A stretch of 64,000 bases of DNA from an uncultured Porphyromonadaceae bacterium (GCA_947177575.1 CAMWVA010000001.1:3672-67671); one strand, 5' to 3'; counted from the stretch's first letter, positions 10,556 through 24,446 are shown. Notes: a model not told the origin generated them from the sequence alone. Made by a program: numbers and translations.

Positions 10556-11129
10556 ACTGCTCACTATAGTCATCACACTGCCTGACCAAGCTCCTGAAGA
10601 CGAGGCTGAACGTATATCCTATATGCTAAAAAGCGGCATAGTAGACCGTGTGCATATACGTAAGCCGGAATGGACAGCCGAGCGTATCGAAAGTCTTATC
10701 CGAACTATCGGAAATCAGCTACATCACCAGCTGAGCGTTCATTCCTGTCCGGAACTACTTGAGGTGTATCCGAATTTAGGCTATCATTTTTCGGCTTTAC
10801 GGTCTGCTCCGGCAATACGTCCTACAGTACTGTCATACTCCTGCCATACGCCGGAAGAAGTATGCCAAGTCGGGAGGGTTTGTAACTATGTCTCACTGTC
10901 TCCGGTATTCAATTCAATATCAAAACAGGGATATAAGGCAGTAGCATTTGACCCTGAAGCTGAATATATTGCCACACAGTCTGCACTAACCGTAGCTTTA
11001 GGAGGAGTTACTCCCGCACATTTCGATGAATTGCGCAGGCGCGGGTATCGCGGAGCGGCAATGTTAGGCTATGCATGGACCACACCACTGCAGAAATTTC
11101 TAAATCAACTTAGATGCTACAATTCATAA
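10545..11129 (+). CDS. Thiamine phosphate synthase-family protein (second ThiE/TenI-like paralog)
   Basis: HIRKP, SCH, LSPVFNSISKQGY and ALGGV motifs of the Bacteroides short ThiE paralog. Confidence 0.8.
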   Translation: MADKLLTIVITLPDQAPEDEAERISYMLKSGIVDRVHIRKPEWTAERIESLIRTIGNQLHHQLSVHSCPELLEVYPNLGYHFSALRSAPAIRPTVLSYSCHTPEEVCQVGRVCNYVSLSPVFNSISKQGYKAVAFDPEAEYIATQSALTVALGGVTPAHFDELRRRGYRGAAMLGYAWTTPLQKFLNQLRCYNS

Positions 11130-11740
11130 CCGATTCACCTACTGTTGAAGGTACTGTTTCACAGGCGCACGCTGCTCTTGAAGGCGGTTGCCGTTGGATA
11201 CAGGTACGCCTGAAAAACGCTGTTGACAACGATGTGTTGAAGGCTGCGAGTATGATAAGCCGTATAGCAGCTCCATACAACGCAACAGTCATTATTGACG
11301 ACCGTGTGCACTTAGTAGAGCCGTCAGGCGCTACAGGAGTACATTTAGGGAAGGACGATATGGCACCTGACGAAGCCCGGAAGCTCCTACCACCTGGAAC
11401 AATAATAGGCGCCACAATCAACCGATTCGAAGATATAGCCGAGCGTCGGCTGAAGGGAGCTGACTATTACGGTGCAGGACCTTTCCGCTTTACGACTACG
11501 AAACAGCGACTTGCACCGGTATTAGACACCGAAGGCTACCGTAAGCTTATACAACAGATTCGCGAAGCTGGCCTAACCCAGCCTGTCGTAGCTATCGGCG
11601 GTATCACTCATACTGATGTGTCGTCTCTTCTTGCCACCGGTATCGACGGTATAGCTGTCAGTGGCGCAATAAGCCGCGCCGGCGACCCGATAGCCTCCAC
11701 ACGTCGTTTTCTCTCACTTTTATTTCCACTTAATTCTTAA
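11114..11740 (+). CDS. thiE: Thiamine phosphate synthase
   Basis: [34 protein letters not shown]. Confidence 0.92.
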   Translation: MLQFITDSPTVEGTVSQAHAALEGGCRWIQVRLKNAVDNDVLKAASMISRIAAPYNATVIIDDRVHLVEPSGATGVHLGKDDMAPDEARKLLPPGTIIGATINRFEDIAERRLKGADYYGAGPFRFTTTKQRLAPVLDTEGYRKLIQQIREAGLTQPVVAIGGITHTDVSSLLATGIDGIAVSGAISRAGDPIASTRRFLSLLFPLNS

Positions 11741-11745
11741 CCCAG

Positions 11746-12516
11746 ATGCAAGACATCCTTAAAATCGGCTCCCGTGAGTTCACTTCACGCCTATTTGTAG
11801 GCACCGGTAAGTTTGCTTCGCCAAAGATTATGCTTGAAGCTGTATTGGCTTCGAAGTCACAGATGATTACCGTAGCTATGAAGCGTGTCAATCTTCTTAA
11901 CGAAGCCACCGACGATATGTTGACCCACATCAACCGCGAGCACGTGCAGTTACTGCCAAACACTTCCGGAGTACGCGACGCACGCGAGGCGGTATTGGCC
12001 GCACAGATGAGCCGTGAGATATTCCACACAGACTTTATTAAACTTGAAATACACCCGGACCCTAAATATCTGCTTCCGGACCCTGTTGAGACTCTTAAAG
12101 CTACAGAAGAATTGGCCGGTATGGGTTTCACGGTGCTACCCTACGTGCAGGCAGACCCTGTGCTTTGCAAGCGTCTTGAAGAGGCCGGAGCTGCTGCCGT
12201 GATGCCTTTAGGCGCTCCTATCGGCACCAACAAAGGACTACGCACAGCAGACTTCCTACGGATTATCATAGACCAAAGTCGCGTGCCTGTAGTGATAGAT
12301 GCAGGACTCGGAGTCCCTTCACACGCTGCCGCCGCTATGGAAATGGGTGCTGATGCCGTGTTGGTCAATACAGCTATAGCCGTAGCTACTGACCCGGTGG
12401 CGATGGCCGATGCTTTCCGTCTGGCAACAATCGCCGGCCGACGCGCTTTTCTTGCCGGGCCCGGCGGCATAAGCGATGCTGCCGATGCCAGCAGTCCTCT
12501 GACAGCTTTTCTATGA
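11746..12516 (+). CDS. thiG: Thiazole synthase
   Basis: [38 protein letters not shown]. Confidence 0.96.
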   Translation: MQDILKIGSREFTSRLFVGTGKFASPKIMLEAVLASKSQMITVAMKRVNLLNEATDDMLTHINREHVQLLPNTSGVRDAREAVLAAQMSREIFHTDFIKLEIHPDPKYLLPDPVETLKATEELAGMGFTVLPYVQADPVLCKRLEEAGAAAVMPLGAPIGTNKGLRTADFLRIIIDQSRVPVVIDAGLGVPSHAAAAMEMGADAVLVNTAIAVATDPVAMADAFRLATIAGRRAFLAGPGGISDAADASSPLTAFL

Positions 12517-12529
12517 TTATGCCATTTAA

Positions 12530-15414
<2,885 letters not shown>

Positions 15415-15422
15415 CTCTGACT

Positions 15423-16160
15423 ATGGCTCCTAATCTTACCAACGAGCAGATGATACGTCATGCTCGTACCATAGCATTGCCAGAAATAGGAACCGAAGGT
15501 GTGAACCGGCTTATGAAGGCTTCGGTAATCATAGTCGGTGCCGGCGCTTTAGGATGTATAACAGCTATGTACCTTGCAGCTGCCGGAATAGGATGTATAG
15601 GTATTATAGACTTCGATACTGTAGGTCTCAGTAACCTGCAACGTCAGTTAGCTTACACAGAGACTGACCTCGGACTGCCCAAAGTACAGGTACTTGAAAT
15701 AAAACTGCACGCTATAAACCCCGATGTACGAATTAAAGCCTATAACGCTATGCTCACACAAGCCAATGCTCCCGAACTTCTGTCAAGCTATGACATTATT
15801 ATCGAAGGCAGTGATAACCCGGCTACCAAATATCTTGTCAGTGATACAGCTGCTGCTCTGCACCGTCCCTGCGTAATCGGCGGTGTACGTGGCTTCATAG
15901 GCCAGATTACAACCCAGTTGCCTGACGGACCCACCTACCGCGACTTCTTCCCGGAGCCCCCCGAAACCTGCGGACTTACTCCCTGCTCTACCACCGGCGT
16001 ACTCGGCCCGGTACCGGGCCTCATAGCCTCGCTACAGGCTACCGAAGCCATAAAACTGCTCACCGGCATCGGATGCCCACTCTCCGGACGCCTCCTGCAA
16101 ATAGACACGCTGACCATGAAGGTGTGGGAGCTGACCGAGAGCTCCGATAGCTCCGATTAA
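15423..16160 (+). CDS. thiF: ThiF/MoeB-family adenylyltransferase
   Basis: VGAGALG, DFDTVGLSNLQRQ, GVLGPVPG; last gene of the thi operon. Confidence 0.85.
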   Translation: MAPNLTNEQMIRHARTIALPEIGTEGVNRLMKASVIIVGAGALGCITAMYLAAAGIGCIGIIDFDTVGLSNLQRQLAYTETDLGLPKVQVLEIKLHAINPDVRIKAYNAMLTQANAPELLSSYDIIIEGSDNPATKYLVSDTAAALHRPCVIGGVRGFIGQITTQLPDGPTYRDFFPEPPETCGLTPCSTTGVLGPVPGLIASLQATEAIKLLTGIGCPLSGRLLQIDTLTMKVWELTESSDSSD

Positions 16161-16370
16161 TCGGATTTATCCGATTAATCGGAAGTATCGGCATCGGAAG
16201 TATCGGAGAAATCAGAACTATCAGAATAATCGATAACTCCGACAGTTCTGATAACTCCGATAGTTCCGATAATTCGGATTACTCCGATTAATCCGATAGC
16301 TCCGATTACTCCGATAACTCCGATAACTCGGATAATTTCGATAACTCCGATTAATCGGATTAATCGGACC
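16140..16370. repeat. Degenerate 9-bp tandem repeat tract (consensus about ACTCCGATA) with an internal inverted block
   Basis: About 25 units such as gctccgata, actccgata, actccgatt, aatcggatt; 16175-16231 carries reverse-orientation units (atcggaagt). Confidence 0.85.
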
Positions 16371-16382
16371 ACCACCCCCACC

Positions 16383-16422
16383 AAAAAAAGCTGTTCGGCC
16401 GGAATCCGACCGAACAGCTTTT
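16383..16422. terminator. Bidirectional intrinsic terminator between the thi and alpha operons
   Basis: AAAAAAAGCTGTTCGG-CCGGAATCCGA-CCGAACAGCTTTT. Confidence 0.85.
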
Positions 16423-16476
16423 ATACATTATGACCGACTGTCCGCATTAAGCGGCAGTGACCGGTAAGAGCGGCGA

Positions 16477-16977
16477 TCACTCAGCAGCGGGAGCCTCAGC
16501 AGGAGCTTCGGCAACGGCCTGGGGAGCTGCAGCAGCATCGTCGGCAGCTTTCTTGCCACCGCGACGCGAGCGACGAGTAGCCTTAGCCTTCTTGGCAGAC
16601 TTGTCGGGCAGTGCGTTCTCGTTGAAGTCCACAAACTCGATCATACACATCTCGGCGTTGTCGCCCAGACGGTGACCGGTCTTAAGGATGCGCAGGTATC
16701 CACCGGGACGGTCGGCGACTTTCTCGGCAACCACGCCGAAAAGTTCTTTAACAGCCTCCTTGCTCTGAAGGTAGCTGAAGACGAGACGGCGGTTGGCGGT
16801 ATCGTCGGTTTTTGAGCGTGTTATGATGGGTTCGGCAAAAACACGCAACGCCTTTGCCTTTGCCAAAGTCGTGAAGATGCGCTTATGCTGGATAAGAGCG
16901 ATGGCAAGGTTCTGCAGCAGAGCGTCGCGATGCCCTTTCTTACGGCTGAGGTGGTTGATTTTCTTATTATGTCTCAT
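16477..16977 (-). CDS. rplQ: 50S ribosomal protein L17
   Basis: MRHNKK..., [10 protein letters not shown]; Ala/Lys-rich C-terminal tail. Confidence 0.98.
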   Translation of the reverse strand: MRHNKKINHLSRKKGHRDALLQNLAIALIQHKRIFTTLAKAKALRVFAEPIITRSKTDDTANRRLVFSYLQSKEAVKELFGVVAEKVADRPGGYLRILKTGHRLGDNAEMCMIEFVDFNENALPDKSAKKAKATRRSRRGGKKAADDAAAAPQAVAEAPAEAPAAE

Positions 16978-16983
16978 CGTTGT

Positions 16984-17982
16984 TTAGTCTTTGTCTAATT
17001 TGTATTTAGAAATATCCATTCCAAAAGAGAGATTGTGGTTGCTGAGCAAAGTGTCGAGCTCGGAGAGCGACTTTTTACCAAAGTTGCGGAACTTCAGCAG
17101 GTCATTTCTGTTGAAGACAACGAGCTCACCCAGTGTCTCGACTTCAGCACTCTTGAGGCAGTTAAGTGCACGCACGGTCAGGCCCATATCGACCAGTTTG
17201 GTCTTGAGCAACTGACGCATGTGGAGCACGTCCTCATCAAATTCTTCCTCACCTTCCTCAACAGGTGCCTCAAGCGTGATTTTCTCATCGCTGAAGAGCA
17301 TGAAGTGGTGTATCAGAATCTTGCTGGCCTCTTTAAGAGCGTCTTTTGGAAGTATGGAGCCGTCGGTAGTGACTTCAAGTACGAGTTTCTCGTAGTCGGT
17401 CTTCTGCTCCACGCGATAGTTCTCGACAGAGTACTTTACATTCTTGATGGGGGTATAGATCGAGTCAATGGCGATGACACTGGGATCAGCTCCGTCGAGC
17501 ATCTCACGGTTTTCATCGGCGGGCACCCAACCGCGCCCTTTGTTGATGGTGTACTCCATCTGGAAACTTGCCGAAGGATCGAGACGGCAAATAACGAGTT
17601 CAGGATTCAGAACCTCGAAACCTGAAAGCACTTTACCCAAGTCGCCGGCCTTCAACTCATTTGTACCCGAGACCGACAGCACACCCTTCTCGGTGTCGAT
17701 GTCCTCGGCAAGCTGCTTGAAACGTACCTGTTTGAGATTAAGAATGATATTGGTGACATCCTCCTTAACCCCGGGTATGGTGTCAAGCTCATGTGCCACA
17801 CCGTCGATACGGATGTTGCAGATGGCAAAACCACCCAGGCTCGACAGTAGTATGCGGCGCAGGGCGTTGCCTATGGTCTGGCCATAGCCGGGCTCGAGCG
17901 GACGGAATTCAAACTTTCCGAAGCGCTCGGTATCCTCAAGCATTATGACCTTTTCGGGCTTTTGAAATGCTAAGATTGACAT
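16984..17982 (-). CDS. rpoA: RNA polymerase subunit alpha
   Basis: [21 protein letters not shown]; NFGKKSL. Confidence 0.99.
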   Translation of the reverse strand: MSILAFQKPEKVIMLEDTERFGKFEFRPLEPGYGQTIGNALRRILLSSLGGFAICNIRIDGVAHELDTIPGVKEDVTNIILNLKQVRFKQLAEDIDTEKGVLSVSGTNELKAGDLGKVLSGFEVLNPELVICRLDPSASFQMEYTINKGRGWVPADENREMLDGADPSVIAIDSIYTPIKNVKYSVENYRVEQKTDYEKLVLEVTTDGSILPKDALKEASKILIHHFMLFSDEKITLEAPVEEGEEEFDEDVLHMRQLLKTKLVDMGLTVRALNCLKSAEVETLGELVVFNRNDLLKFRNFGKKSLSELDTLLSNHNLSFGMDISKYKLDKD

Positions 17983-17998
17983 GGGTCTCTACGGTTTA

Positions 17999-18604
17999 TT
18001 ATTTAGAATACAACTCGACGATCAACTGTTCCTTGATAGTCTCGGGGATATCCTCGCGTGCGGGTACGTGCAGGAAACGACCGCCCTTAACGCTTTCGTC
18101 CCACTCGATCCAAGGATACTTGCTGTGGTTGAATCCTGCCAGGCAGTCAGCGATAACCTCAAGTGACTTCGACTTCTCGCGTACGGCTACAATATCGCCG
18201 GGGCGTACATGATACGAAGGAATGTTGACAACGTCTCCGTTGACTGTGATGTGCTTATGAAGCACGAGCTGGCGGGCAGCCGGACGGCTGGGAGCCAGAC
18301 CCAGACGGTAAACTACGTTATCGAGACGGCTCTCGAGGAGCTGCAGAAGAACCTCACCGGTAATACCTTTAGTACGTGCAGCTTTATCAAAGAGGTTGCG
18401 GAACTGACGCTCGAGTACACCATAGGTGTATTTGGCTTTCTGCTTCTCTTTGAGCTGAACACCATACTCCGATGTCTTGCGACGACGGTTAGCGCCGTGC
18501 TGGCCCGGGGGATAATTCTTTTTTGAGAGCACTTTATCCTCGCCGAAAATAGGCTCGCCGAACTTACGGGCGATTTTTGTCTTGGGACCTGTATATCTTG
18601 CCAT
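17999..18604 (-). CDS. rpsD: 30S ribosomal protein S4
   Basis: Canonical MARYTGP start at 18604; [13 protein letters not shown]; IVELYSK. Confidence 0.97.
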   Translation of the reverse strand: MARYTGPKTKIARKFGEPIFGEDKVLSKKNYPPGQHGANRRRKTSEYGVQLKEKQKAKYTYGVLERQFRNLFDKAARTKGITGEVLLQLLESRLDNVVYRLGLAPSRPAARQLVLHKHITVNGDVVNIPSYHVRPGDIVAVREKSKSLEVIADCLAGFNHSKYPWIEWDESVKGGRFLHVPAREDIPETIKEQLIVELYSK

Positions 18605-18896
18605 TTTTCTTTGTCTGTTGGAATTTGTTGGTGTGGGCCGCCGTCGTGGCGTTACCCGGCCTTCAGGTGATGCCTTAGCGCAGCCGCGACCGTCGAGAGA
18701 AAAGCTTCTTTCCGAAATAACCTGCATTGTAAGTCGTACCTTTTCAGAAGGCATGACAATGAGGCAGTGTCCGGAGACGGTCTTTTTCGCATTCAGCCTC
18801 ACCACGGCAGGCGACAGGCGTCGGCCCGCAGCGATGTGAAGAAAATATATTTTGTCTTCTTGCTGTCTTTGCTACTGTCAACGCTGGCGATGCCGA

Positions 18897-19286
18897 TTAC
18901 ACCCTTCTTCTCTTGGGAGGACGGCAGCCATTGTGCGGCAGCGGAGTAACGTCGACGATTTCGACAACCTCGATACCGGCACCGTGTACGGTACGTATAG
19001 CCGATTCACGGCCGTTGCCCGGACCTTTCACATAAGCCTTGACCTTACGCAGGCCGAGGTCATACGCTACCTTGGCGCAATCCTGAGCTGCCATCTGAGC
19101 AGCGTAGGGAGTATTCTTCTTTGAGCCACGAAAGCCCATTTTGCCTGCCGATGACCACGAGATAACCTGTCCCTCGCTGTTAGCCAGGCAGACGATAATG
19201 TTATTGAAGGAGCTATGTACATGAAGCTGACCCATTGCGTCAACCTTGACATTTCTCTTCTTAGCTGCGACTGTCTTTTTTGCCAT
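18897..19286 (-). CDS. rpsK: 30S ribosomal protein S11
   Basis: [18 protein letters not shown]. Confidence 0.99.
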   Translation of the reverse strand: MAKKTVAAKKRNVKVDAMGQLHVHSSFNNIIVCLANSEGQVISWSSAGKMGFRGSKKNTPYAAQMAAQDCAKVAYDLGLRKVKAYVKGPGNGRESAIRTVHGAGIEVVEIVDVTPLPHNGCRPPKRRRV

Positions 19287-19295
19287 TGTTCTATG

Positions 19296-19676
19296 TTATT
19301 TAGTAGCTTTCTTCTTGTTGGCGACTGTTTTCTTGCGGCCCTTGCGGGTACGGGCATTATTCTTTGTGCTCTGTCCGCGTACGGGCAGACCGATACGGTG
19401 ACGTATGCCACGGTAACAGCCGATATCCATCAGACGCTTGATGTTGAGCTGTATCTCTGAGCGGAGGTCACCCTCTACCTTGTAGTTCTGCTGAATCACC
19501 TCACGCACGGCGGCTGCCTGTGCGTCGGTCCAGTCCTGTACTTTGATGTCGCGGTTAACACCGGCCTTCTCAAGGATGGTGTTAGCTGCGCTTCGGCCGA
19601 TGCCGAAGATATAGGTCAGGGCGATTTCACCCCTTTTGTTCTGCGGCAAATCAACGCCGACTATTCGTACTGCCAT
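19296..19676 (-). CDS. rpsM: 30S ribosomal protein S13
   Basis: RIVGVDLP; [18 protein letters not shown]. Confidence 0.99.
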   Translation of the reverse strand: MAVRIVGVDLPQNKRGEIALTYIFGIGRSAANTILEKAGVNRDIKVQDWTDAQAAAVREVIQQNYKVEGDLRSEIQLNIKRLMDIGCYRGIRHRIGLPVRGQSTKNNARTRKGRKKTVANKKKATK

Positions 19677-19701
19677 ATAGATAGTTCGTTTGAATTTTTT
19701 G

Positions 19702-19709
19702 CAAAGTTA
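19702..19709 (-). promoter_or_regulatory. Internal -7 promoter element for the alpha operon
   Basis: TAACTTTG on the minus strand, 25 nt upstream of rpsM. Confidence 0.6.
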
Positions 19710-19793
19710 ATGTTTCGTTTTTGTCTTCCGGTGTATGTCGTGCTGCACAGAGTGTATTCTGCCTTACACCCGGCACACGGCCCCGCCGTATGC

Positions 19794-19910
19794 TTAACCC
19801 TGACGGGTCTTGTACTTGGGGTTCTTCTTGTTGATGACATACAGCCTTCCCTTGCGGCGAACTATCTTGCTGTCGGGAGTGCGCTTTTTGATTGATGCTC
19901 TTACTTTCAT
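19794..19910 (-). CDS. rpmJ: 50S ribosomal protein L36 (cysteine-free type); absent from the ORF track
   Basis: Translates as [38 protein letters not shown], between infA and rpsM. Confidence 0.96.
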   Translation of the reverse strand: MKVRASIKKRTPDSKIVRRKGRLYVINKKNPKYKTRQG

Positions 19911-19926
19911 ATATAGTGTTTGCTTT

Positions 19927-20145
19927 TTATTTGTATCTGAATGCTATGCGACCCTTACTCAGATCGTAGGGCGACATTTCGACTCTCACCTTATCACCGG
20001 GAAGAATCTTGATATAGTGCATTCTCATCTTGCCCGATATGTGGGCAGTAATCTCGTGGCCGTTCTCCAGCTCCACTTTGAACATGGCGTTAGAGAGGGC
20101 CTCAAGAATAACACCGTCTTGCTCTATTGCTGCCTGTTTTGCCAT
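19927..20145 (-). CDS. infA: Translation initiation factor IF-1
   Basis: [25 protein letters not shown]. Confidence 0.99.
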   Translation of the reverse strand: MAKQAAIEQDGVILEALSNAMFKVELENGHEITAHISGKMRMHYIKILPGDKVRVEMSPYDLSKGRIAFRYK

Positions 20146-20163
20146 TGCTTTTCTTTTGGGTTG

Positions 20164-20949
20164 TTATGATGATTGTTTTGATTCAAGGGCCTCATCGACA
20201 TAGCGGAATGTCGTCAGTATCTCGGGTTCACCGGATGTCACCGCAATAGTGTGCTCATAGTGAGCCGAGGGTTTACGGTCACGCGTACGGCATGTCCAGC
20301 CGTCACGCTCGATGACGATATTCTTGCTGCCGAGGTTTATCATCGGCTCTATGGCTATGCACATACCGGGTTTAAGTAACGGGCCTGTGCCGCGACGTCC
20401 GAAGTTAGGTACTTCGGGTGCTTCGTGCATGGAGCGTCCGATACCGTGGCCGCACATCTCGCGTACCACACTGTATCCCCGAGCCTCACAATAGGTCTGT
20501 ACAGCATTGGCGATGTCGCCTATGCGTTTGCCGGCACGAGCCGCTTCGATACCTTTGTAAAGTGATTGGTAGGTAGTGTCAAGCAACGCCTGCACCTTAG
20601 GGTCAATCTCTCCTACGGCAAAGGTATAGCAACTGTCGCCACAATAGCCGTTAAGTTCTACCACACAGTCGGTGCCTATTATATCACCCTCACGCAGAGT
20701 CTGCTGCGAAGGGAAGCCGTGCACCACTGTCTCATTGACCTCGATACAGAGGGTGCCGGGAAAACCGTGATAACCAAGGCAGGAGGGTTTACCCCCGTTG
20801 TCGAGGATAAACTCCCTTGCTATGGTGTCGAGCTGTAGGGTGGTGATACCGGGACGTATCCACTTGGCTACTTCGCCAAGAGTACGGCTTACAAGATCAC
20901 ATGCCCCCCGCATGAGCTCTATCTCTTCAGCTGTCTTGATATATATCAT
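20164..20949 (-). CDS. map: Methionine aminopeptidase, type I
   Basis: VVHGFP, GHGIG..MHE, IEPMIN, SAHYEHT; located between secY and infA. Confidence 0.97.
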   Translation of the reverse strand: MIYIKTAEEIELMRGACDLVSRTLGEVAKWIRPGITTLQLDTIAREFILDNGGKPSCLGYHGFPGTLCIEVNETVVHGFPSQQTLREGDIIGTDCVVELNGYCGDSCYTFAVGEIDPKVQALLDTTYQSLYKGIEAARAGKRIGDIANAVQTYCEARGYSVVREMCGHGIGRSMHEAPEVPNFGRRGTGPLLKPGMCIAIEPMINLGSKNIVIERDGWTCRTRDRKPSAHYEHTIAVTSGEPEILTTFRYVDEALESKQSS

Positions 20950-20987
20950 CAGATTCTTCTCAATTCAGAAAAGTCGGTTTACACATC

Positions 20988-22325
20988 TTAGAAAGCACCG
21001 CTGCCTGTGGTACGTCCCTTGATACGACCGTCTTTCATAAGACCATCGTAGTGACGCATGAGCAAGTGACCTTCGATGATGCGCAGAGTGTCAAGTATGA
21101 CACCTACAAGAATCAGCAGCGAAGTGCCGCCGAAGAATGAGGCAAAGCTGCGGTTCAGTCCGCACACATGGGCAATAGCAGGCATTATAGCTACGATACC
21201 CAGGAAGATAGAACCGGGAAGAGTGATGCGCGACATAATTGAGTCGAGATAATCGACTGTCGGCTTGCCGGGCTTAATACCCGGTATGAAGCCGTTGTTA
21301 CGCTTCATATCTTCGGCCATCTGTGCAGGACGCACCGTTATGGCGGTGTAGAAATAAGTGAACGCTACAATCAGCAGGAAGTAGACCACATTATAAACCC
21401 ACCCGTACATGTCGGTAAGAGCACCGAAGAAGCCGGTCTGACTCTTCGAGAAACCCACCAAAGTGATGGGGATGAACATGATAGCCTGCGCAAAGATTAT
21501 AGGCATCACACCGGCGGCATTGACCTTCAAGGGGATGTACTGGCGGGCACCGCCATACTGCTTGTTGCCGACAATCTTCTTGGCATACTGCACGGGCACC
21601 TTGCGTGTACCCTGTACCAGCAGCACGGCGCCGGCTATGACAGCAAGCAGAATTACAATCTCGACCAGGAACAGCACCAGGCCGCCGCCGGCCGAATTCA
21701 TCAGCCTGCCGGTGAACTCCTGAATGAACGCTTCCGGAAGACGAGCGATGATACCGATCAGAATTATGAAGGAGATACCGTTACCGATACCCTTCTGGTC
21801 GATTCGCTCACCCAGCCACATTATAAACATGGAGCCTGCGGCGAGCACTATTGTCATGAACGCTATGGTCCAGAAGGTCATCTCTACATGGCCGCCGGCT
21901 GCCTGCACCTGATATTTAAGGTTGAGCAGATAGGCCGGACCCTGAAACAGCAATATCAGTACTGTAAGATAGCGAGTGTACTGATTGAGCTTCATTCGTC
22001 CGCTCTCGCCATCGCGCTGCATTTTCTGGAAGGCGGGAAGCACCATGCCCAGCAGCTGTATTACGATTGAGGCTGTGATGTAGGGCATGATACCCAGAGC
22101 GAATATCGATGCCTGCGAGAAAGCACCGCCCGAGAACATATCAAGCAGCTGCATCAGGCCGTCGGAAGTGAAGTTCTTAAGTGCCATCAGGTCGTCGGGA
22201 TTGATACCCGGCAGGACCACATAGCATCCGAAGCGGTAGATGATGACCAGCAGCAGGGTGATACCGATGCGGTGGCGCAGATCTTCTACACTCCAGATAT
22301 TTTTAATCGTCTTTGTAAATCCCAT
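20988..22325 (-). CDS. secY: Preprotein translocase SecY
   Basis: SIFALGIMPYITASI, GIGNGIS, GGTSLLILVGV. Confidence 0.99.
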   Translation of the reverse strand: MGFTKTIKNIWSVEDLRHRIGITLLLVIIYRFGCYVVLPGINPDDLMALKNFTSDGLMQLLDMFSGGAFSQASIFALGIMPYITASIVIQLLGMVLPAFQKMQRDGESGRMKLNQYTRYLTVLILLFQGPAYLLNLKYQVQAAGGHVEMTFWTIAFMTIVLAAGSMFIMWLGERIDQKGIGNGISFIILIGIIARLPEAFIQEFTGRLMNSAGGGLVLFLVEIVILLAVIAGAVLLVQGTRKVPVQYAKKIVGNKQYGGARQYIPLKVNAAGVMPIIFAQAIMFIPITLVGFSKSQTGFFGALTDMYGWVYNVVYFLLIVAFTYFYTAITVRPAQMAEDMKRNNGFIPGIKPGKPTVDYLDSIMSRITLPGSIFLGIVAIMPAIAHVCGLNRSFASFFGGTSLLILVGVILDTLRIIEGHLLMRHYDGLMKDGRIKGRTTGSGAF

Positions 22326-22335
22326 TGTCGGTTAG

Positions 22336-22785
22336 TTATTTTTTGATTACGGTTGAACCGCCGGCAGCCTTTATAGCCTCCTCAGCTTTAGCCGAGAAAG
22401 CATTGGCTTCGACTTCGAGAGCGCGGGTCACAGCTCCGTTGCCCAGTATCTTCACAAGACACTTCTTAGGCACCAGACCGGCGGCACGCAAATCGGCAAC
22501 CGTTATCTTGGTCAGCTCCTTGGCTGCGGCCAGTGCTTCGAGCACATCAAGGTTGACAGCCTTGTACTCAACGCGGTTGATGTTCTTGAAGCCGAACTTA
22601 GGAAGACGGCGCTGCAGAGGCATCTGACCGCCTTCGAAGCCAATCTTATGCGAGTAGCCCGAACGCGACTTAGCACCCTTATGGCCACGTGTGGAGGTAC
22701 CACCGTAACCCGAGCCTGTACCGCGTCCTACGCGTTTGTTATCTTTGTTGCTGCCTACGGCCGGTTTGAGATTATGAAGTTCCAT
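22336..22785 (-). CDS. rplO: 50S ribosomal protein L15
   Basis: GFEGGQMPLQRRLPKFGF. Confidence 0.99.
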   Translation of the reverse strand: MELHNLKPAVGSNKDNKRVGRGTGSGYGGTSTRGHKGAKSRSGYSHKIGFEGGQMPLQRRLPKFGFKNINRVEYKAVNLDVLEALAAAKELTKITVADLRAAGLVPKKCLVKILGNGAVTRALEVEANAFSAKAEEAIKAAGGSTVIKK

Positions 22786-22805
22786 ATTCTTTCTTGAAAT
22801 TCGCT

Positions 22806-22985
22806 TTAGAGGTTTGTGACTTCTACCAAGTGGCGTACAGCATTGACCATGCCGCGTATCGAGGCATTGTCCTCCTTAACCACTGTGTGGTTCATCTTGC
22901 GCAGGCCGAGTGCGTCAAGTGTGCGCTTCTGCACCTTGGGGCAGTTGATACGGCTCTTTATCTGCTTTATCTGAATCTTTGCCAT
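22806..22985 (-). CDS. rpmD: 50S ribosomal protein L30; absent from the ORF track
   Basis: Translates as [59 protein letters not shown]. Confidence 0.96.
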   Translation of the reverse strand: MAKIQIKQIKSRINCPKVQKRTLDALGLRKMNHTVVKEDNASIRGMVNAVRHLVEVTNL

Positions 22986-22996
22986 TTCTCTTTTAC

Positions 22997-23518
22997 TTAT
23001 TTACCTGTGAACACTTTCTCGACGCTCACGCCACGGTTCTGAGCTACCTCGGCCGGGCTGCGGAGCTCGCTAAGGGCCTCGATAGTAGCCTTAACGAGGT
23101 TGTGAGGGTTAGAGGAGCCTTTCGACTTGGCCAGCACGTCTGTGATACCTACGCTCTCAAGCACGGCACGCATAGCACCACCGGCCTTCACACCGGTACC
23201 CTCGGAAGCGGGCTTCAGGAAAATACGTGAGCCGCCGAATTTGGCGAACTGCTCGTGGGGTATGGTACCTTTGTAAACAGGCACCTTGATAAGGTTCTTC
23301 TTAGCTGTCTCAACGCCCTTGGCGATGGCAGCCTGAACCTCGTTGGCCTTACCCAGGCCCCAGCCGATGATACCGTTCTCGTTGCCTACAACCACGATAG
23401 CGGCAAAGCTGAAGGCGCGGCCACCCTTAGTCACCTTAGTAACGCGGTTGATGGCCACCAGACGGTCTTTCAATTCTAAATCGTTGGTAGATTTTACTCT
23501 GTTGTTCTTCTTAGCCAT
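22997..23518 (-). CDS. rpsE: 30S ribosomal protein S5
   Basis: [12 protein letters not shown]; [10 protein letters not shown]. Confidence 0.99.
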   Translation of the reverse strand: MAKKNNRVKSTNDLELKDRLVAINRVTKVTKGGRAFSFAAIVVVGNENGIIGWGLGKANEVQAAIAKGVETAKKNLIKVPVYKGTIPHEQFAKFGGSRIFLKPASEGTGVKAGGAMRAVLESVGITDVLAKSKGSSNPHNLVKATIEALSELRSPAEVAQNRGVSVEKVFTGK

Positions 23519-23526
23519 GACTTCTG

Positions 23527-23868
23527 TTAAAATTTAAGACCGGCCTCGCGAGCTGCGTCGGCCAATGATTTTACTCGTCCGTGGAAAAGGTAGCCGTTAC
23601 GGTCGAACACTACGCTGTCGATGCCTGCCTCAAGGGCCTTACGGGCTATCTCCTGGCCTACCTTGGCCGAAACCTCGCTCTTGGTGCCTTCTGTGATACC
23701 CTTCGACGATGCCGATACCAGTGTGCGGCCGGCCAGGTCGTCGATAAGCTGTACATAGATGGCTTTATTGCTGCGGAACACGCTCATGCGGGGACGCTGG
23801 GCGGTACCTGAAATCTTACCGCGAATGCGGGTTTTGATTTTATTTCTTCTTGCTATTTTAGATACCAT
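23527..23868 (-). CDS. rplR: 50S ribosomal protein L18
   Basis: [11 protein letters not shown]; [15 protein letters not shown]. Confidence 0.99.
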   Translation of the reverse strand: MVSKIARRNKIKTRIRGKISGTAQRPRMSVFRSNKAIYVQLIDDLAGRTLVSASSKGITEGTKSEVSAKVGQEIARKALEAGIDSVVFDRNGYLFHGRVKSLADAAREAGLKF

Positions 23869-23883
23869 GATTTCCTAATTTAA

Positions 23884-24438
23884 TTATTTAGCGTTGGCCG
23901 ACTTACCCGACTTACGACGGATTACCTCGCCGACAAACTTGATACCCTTGCCCTTATACGGCTCAGGCTTACGCAGCGAGCGGATTTTGGCGCATACCTG
24001 ACCAAGAAGCTGCTTATCGCTCGATTCGAGGATAATCAGAGGGTTCTTGTTACGCTCTGTTTTGGCTTCTACCTTAATCTCCTTAGGAAGTTTGATATAG
24101 ATGGCGTGCGAGAAACCGAGTGAAAGCTCAAGTACCTGACCGGTAGATGTGGCACGATAACCTACACCTACGAGTTCCATCTCCTTCTTATAACCTTCCG
24201 ATACACCTACCACCATATTGTGGATAAGAGCACGGTACAGACCGTGCAGGGCACGATGCTCACGGTCGTCGGTGGGGCGTGTCACGTGTACGTGATTGCC
24301 TTCTACTTCTACTTTGATATCAGGATTGACCTCCTGGACAAGTTCGCCCTTGGGGCCTTTAACTGTTACTACGTCGCCTGCAACTGTCACAGTCACGCCG
24401 GCGGGTATCTCGATGGGTGTTTTACCTATTCTTGACAT
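23884..24438 (-). CDS. rplF: 50S ribosomal protein L6
   Basis: MSRIGK; PEPYKGKGI. Confidence 0.99.
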   Translation of the reverse strand: MSRIGKTPIEIPAGVTVTVAGDVVTVKGPKGELVQEVNPDIKVEVEGNHVHVTRPTDDREHRALHGLYRALIHNMVVGVSEGYKKEMELVGVGYRATSTGQVLELSLGFSHAIYIKLPKEIKVEAKTERNKNPLIILESSDKQLLGQVCAKIRSLRKPEPYKGKGIKFVGEVIRRKSGKSANAK

Positions 24439-24446
24439 GTCTTAAT

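Noticed and set aside
16140-16370. Possible CRISPR array
   Set aside because: Units are 9 bp and contiguous, with no unique spacers and no cas genes
16175-16384. 69-aa VIG/IIG-repeat ORF on the minus strand
   Set aside because: It is the translation of the 9-bp repeat and starts at or beyond the rplQ terminator; no coding evidence
16477-16620. Low-complexity Ala/Lys/Glu tail on L17
   Set aside because: A common feature of Bacteroidetes L17
18605-18805. 67-codon N-terminal extension of S4 in the ORF track
   Set aside because: The canonical MARYTGP start is at 18604; the extension looks like an open frame through a GC-rich spacer
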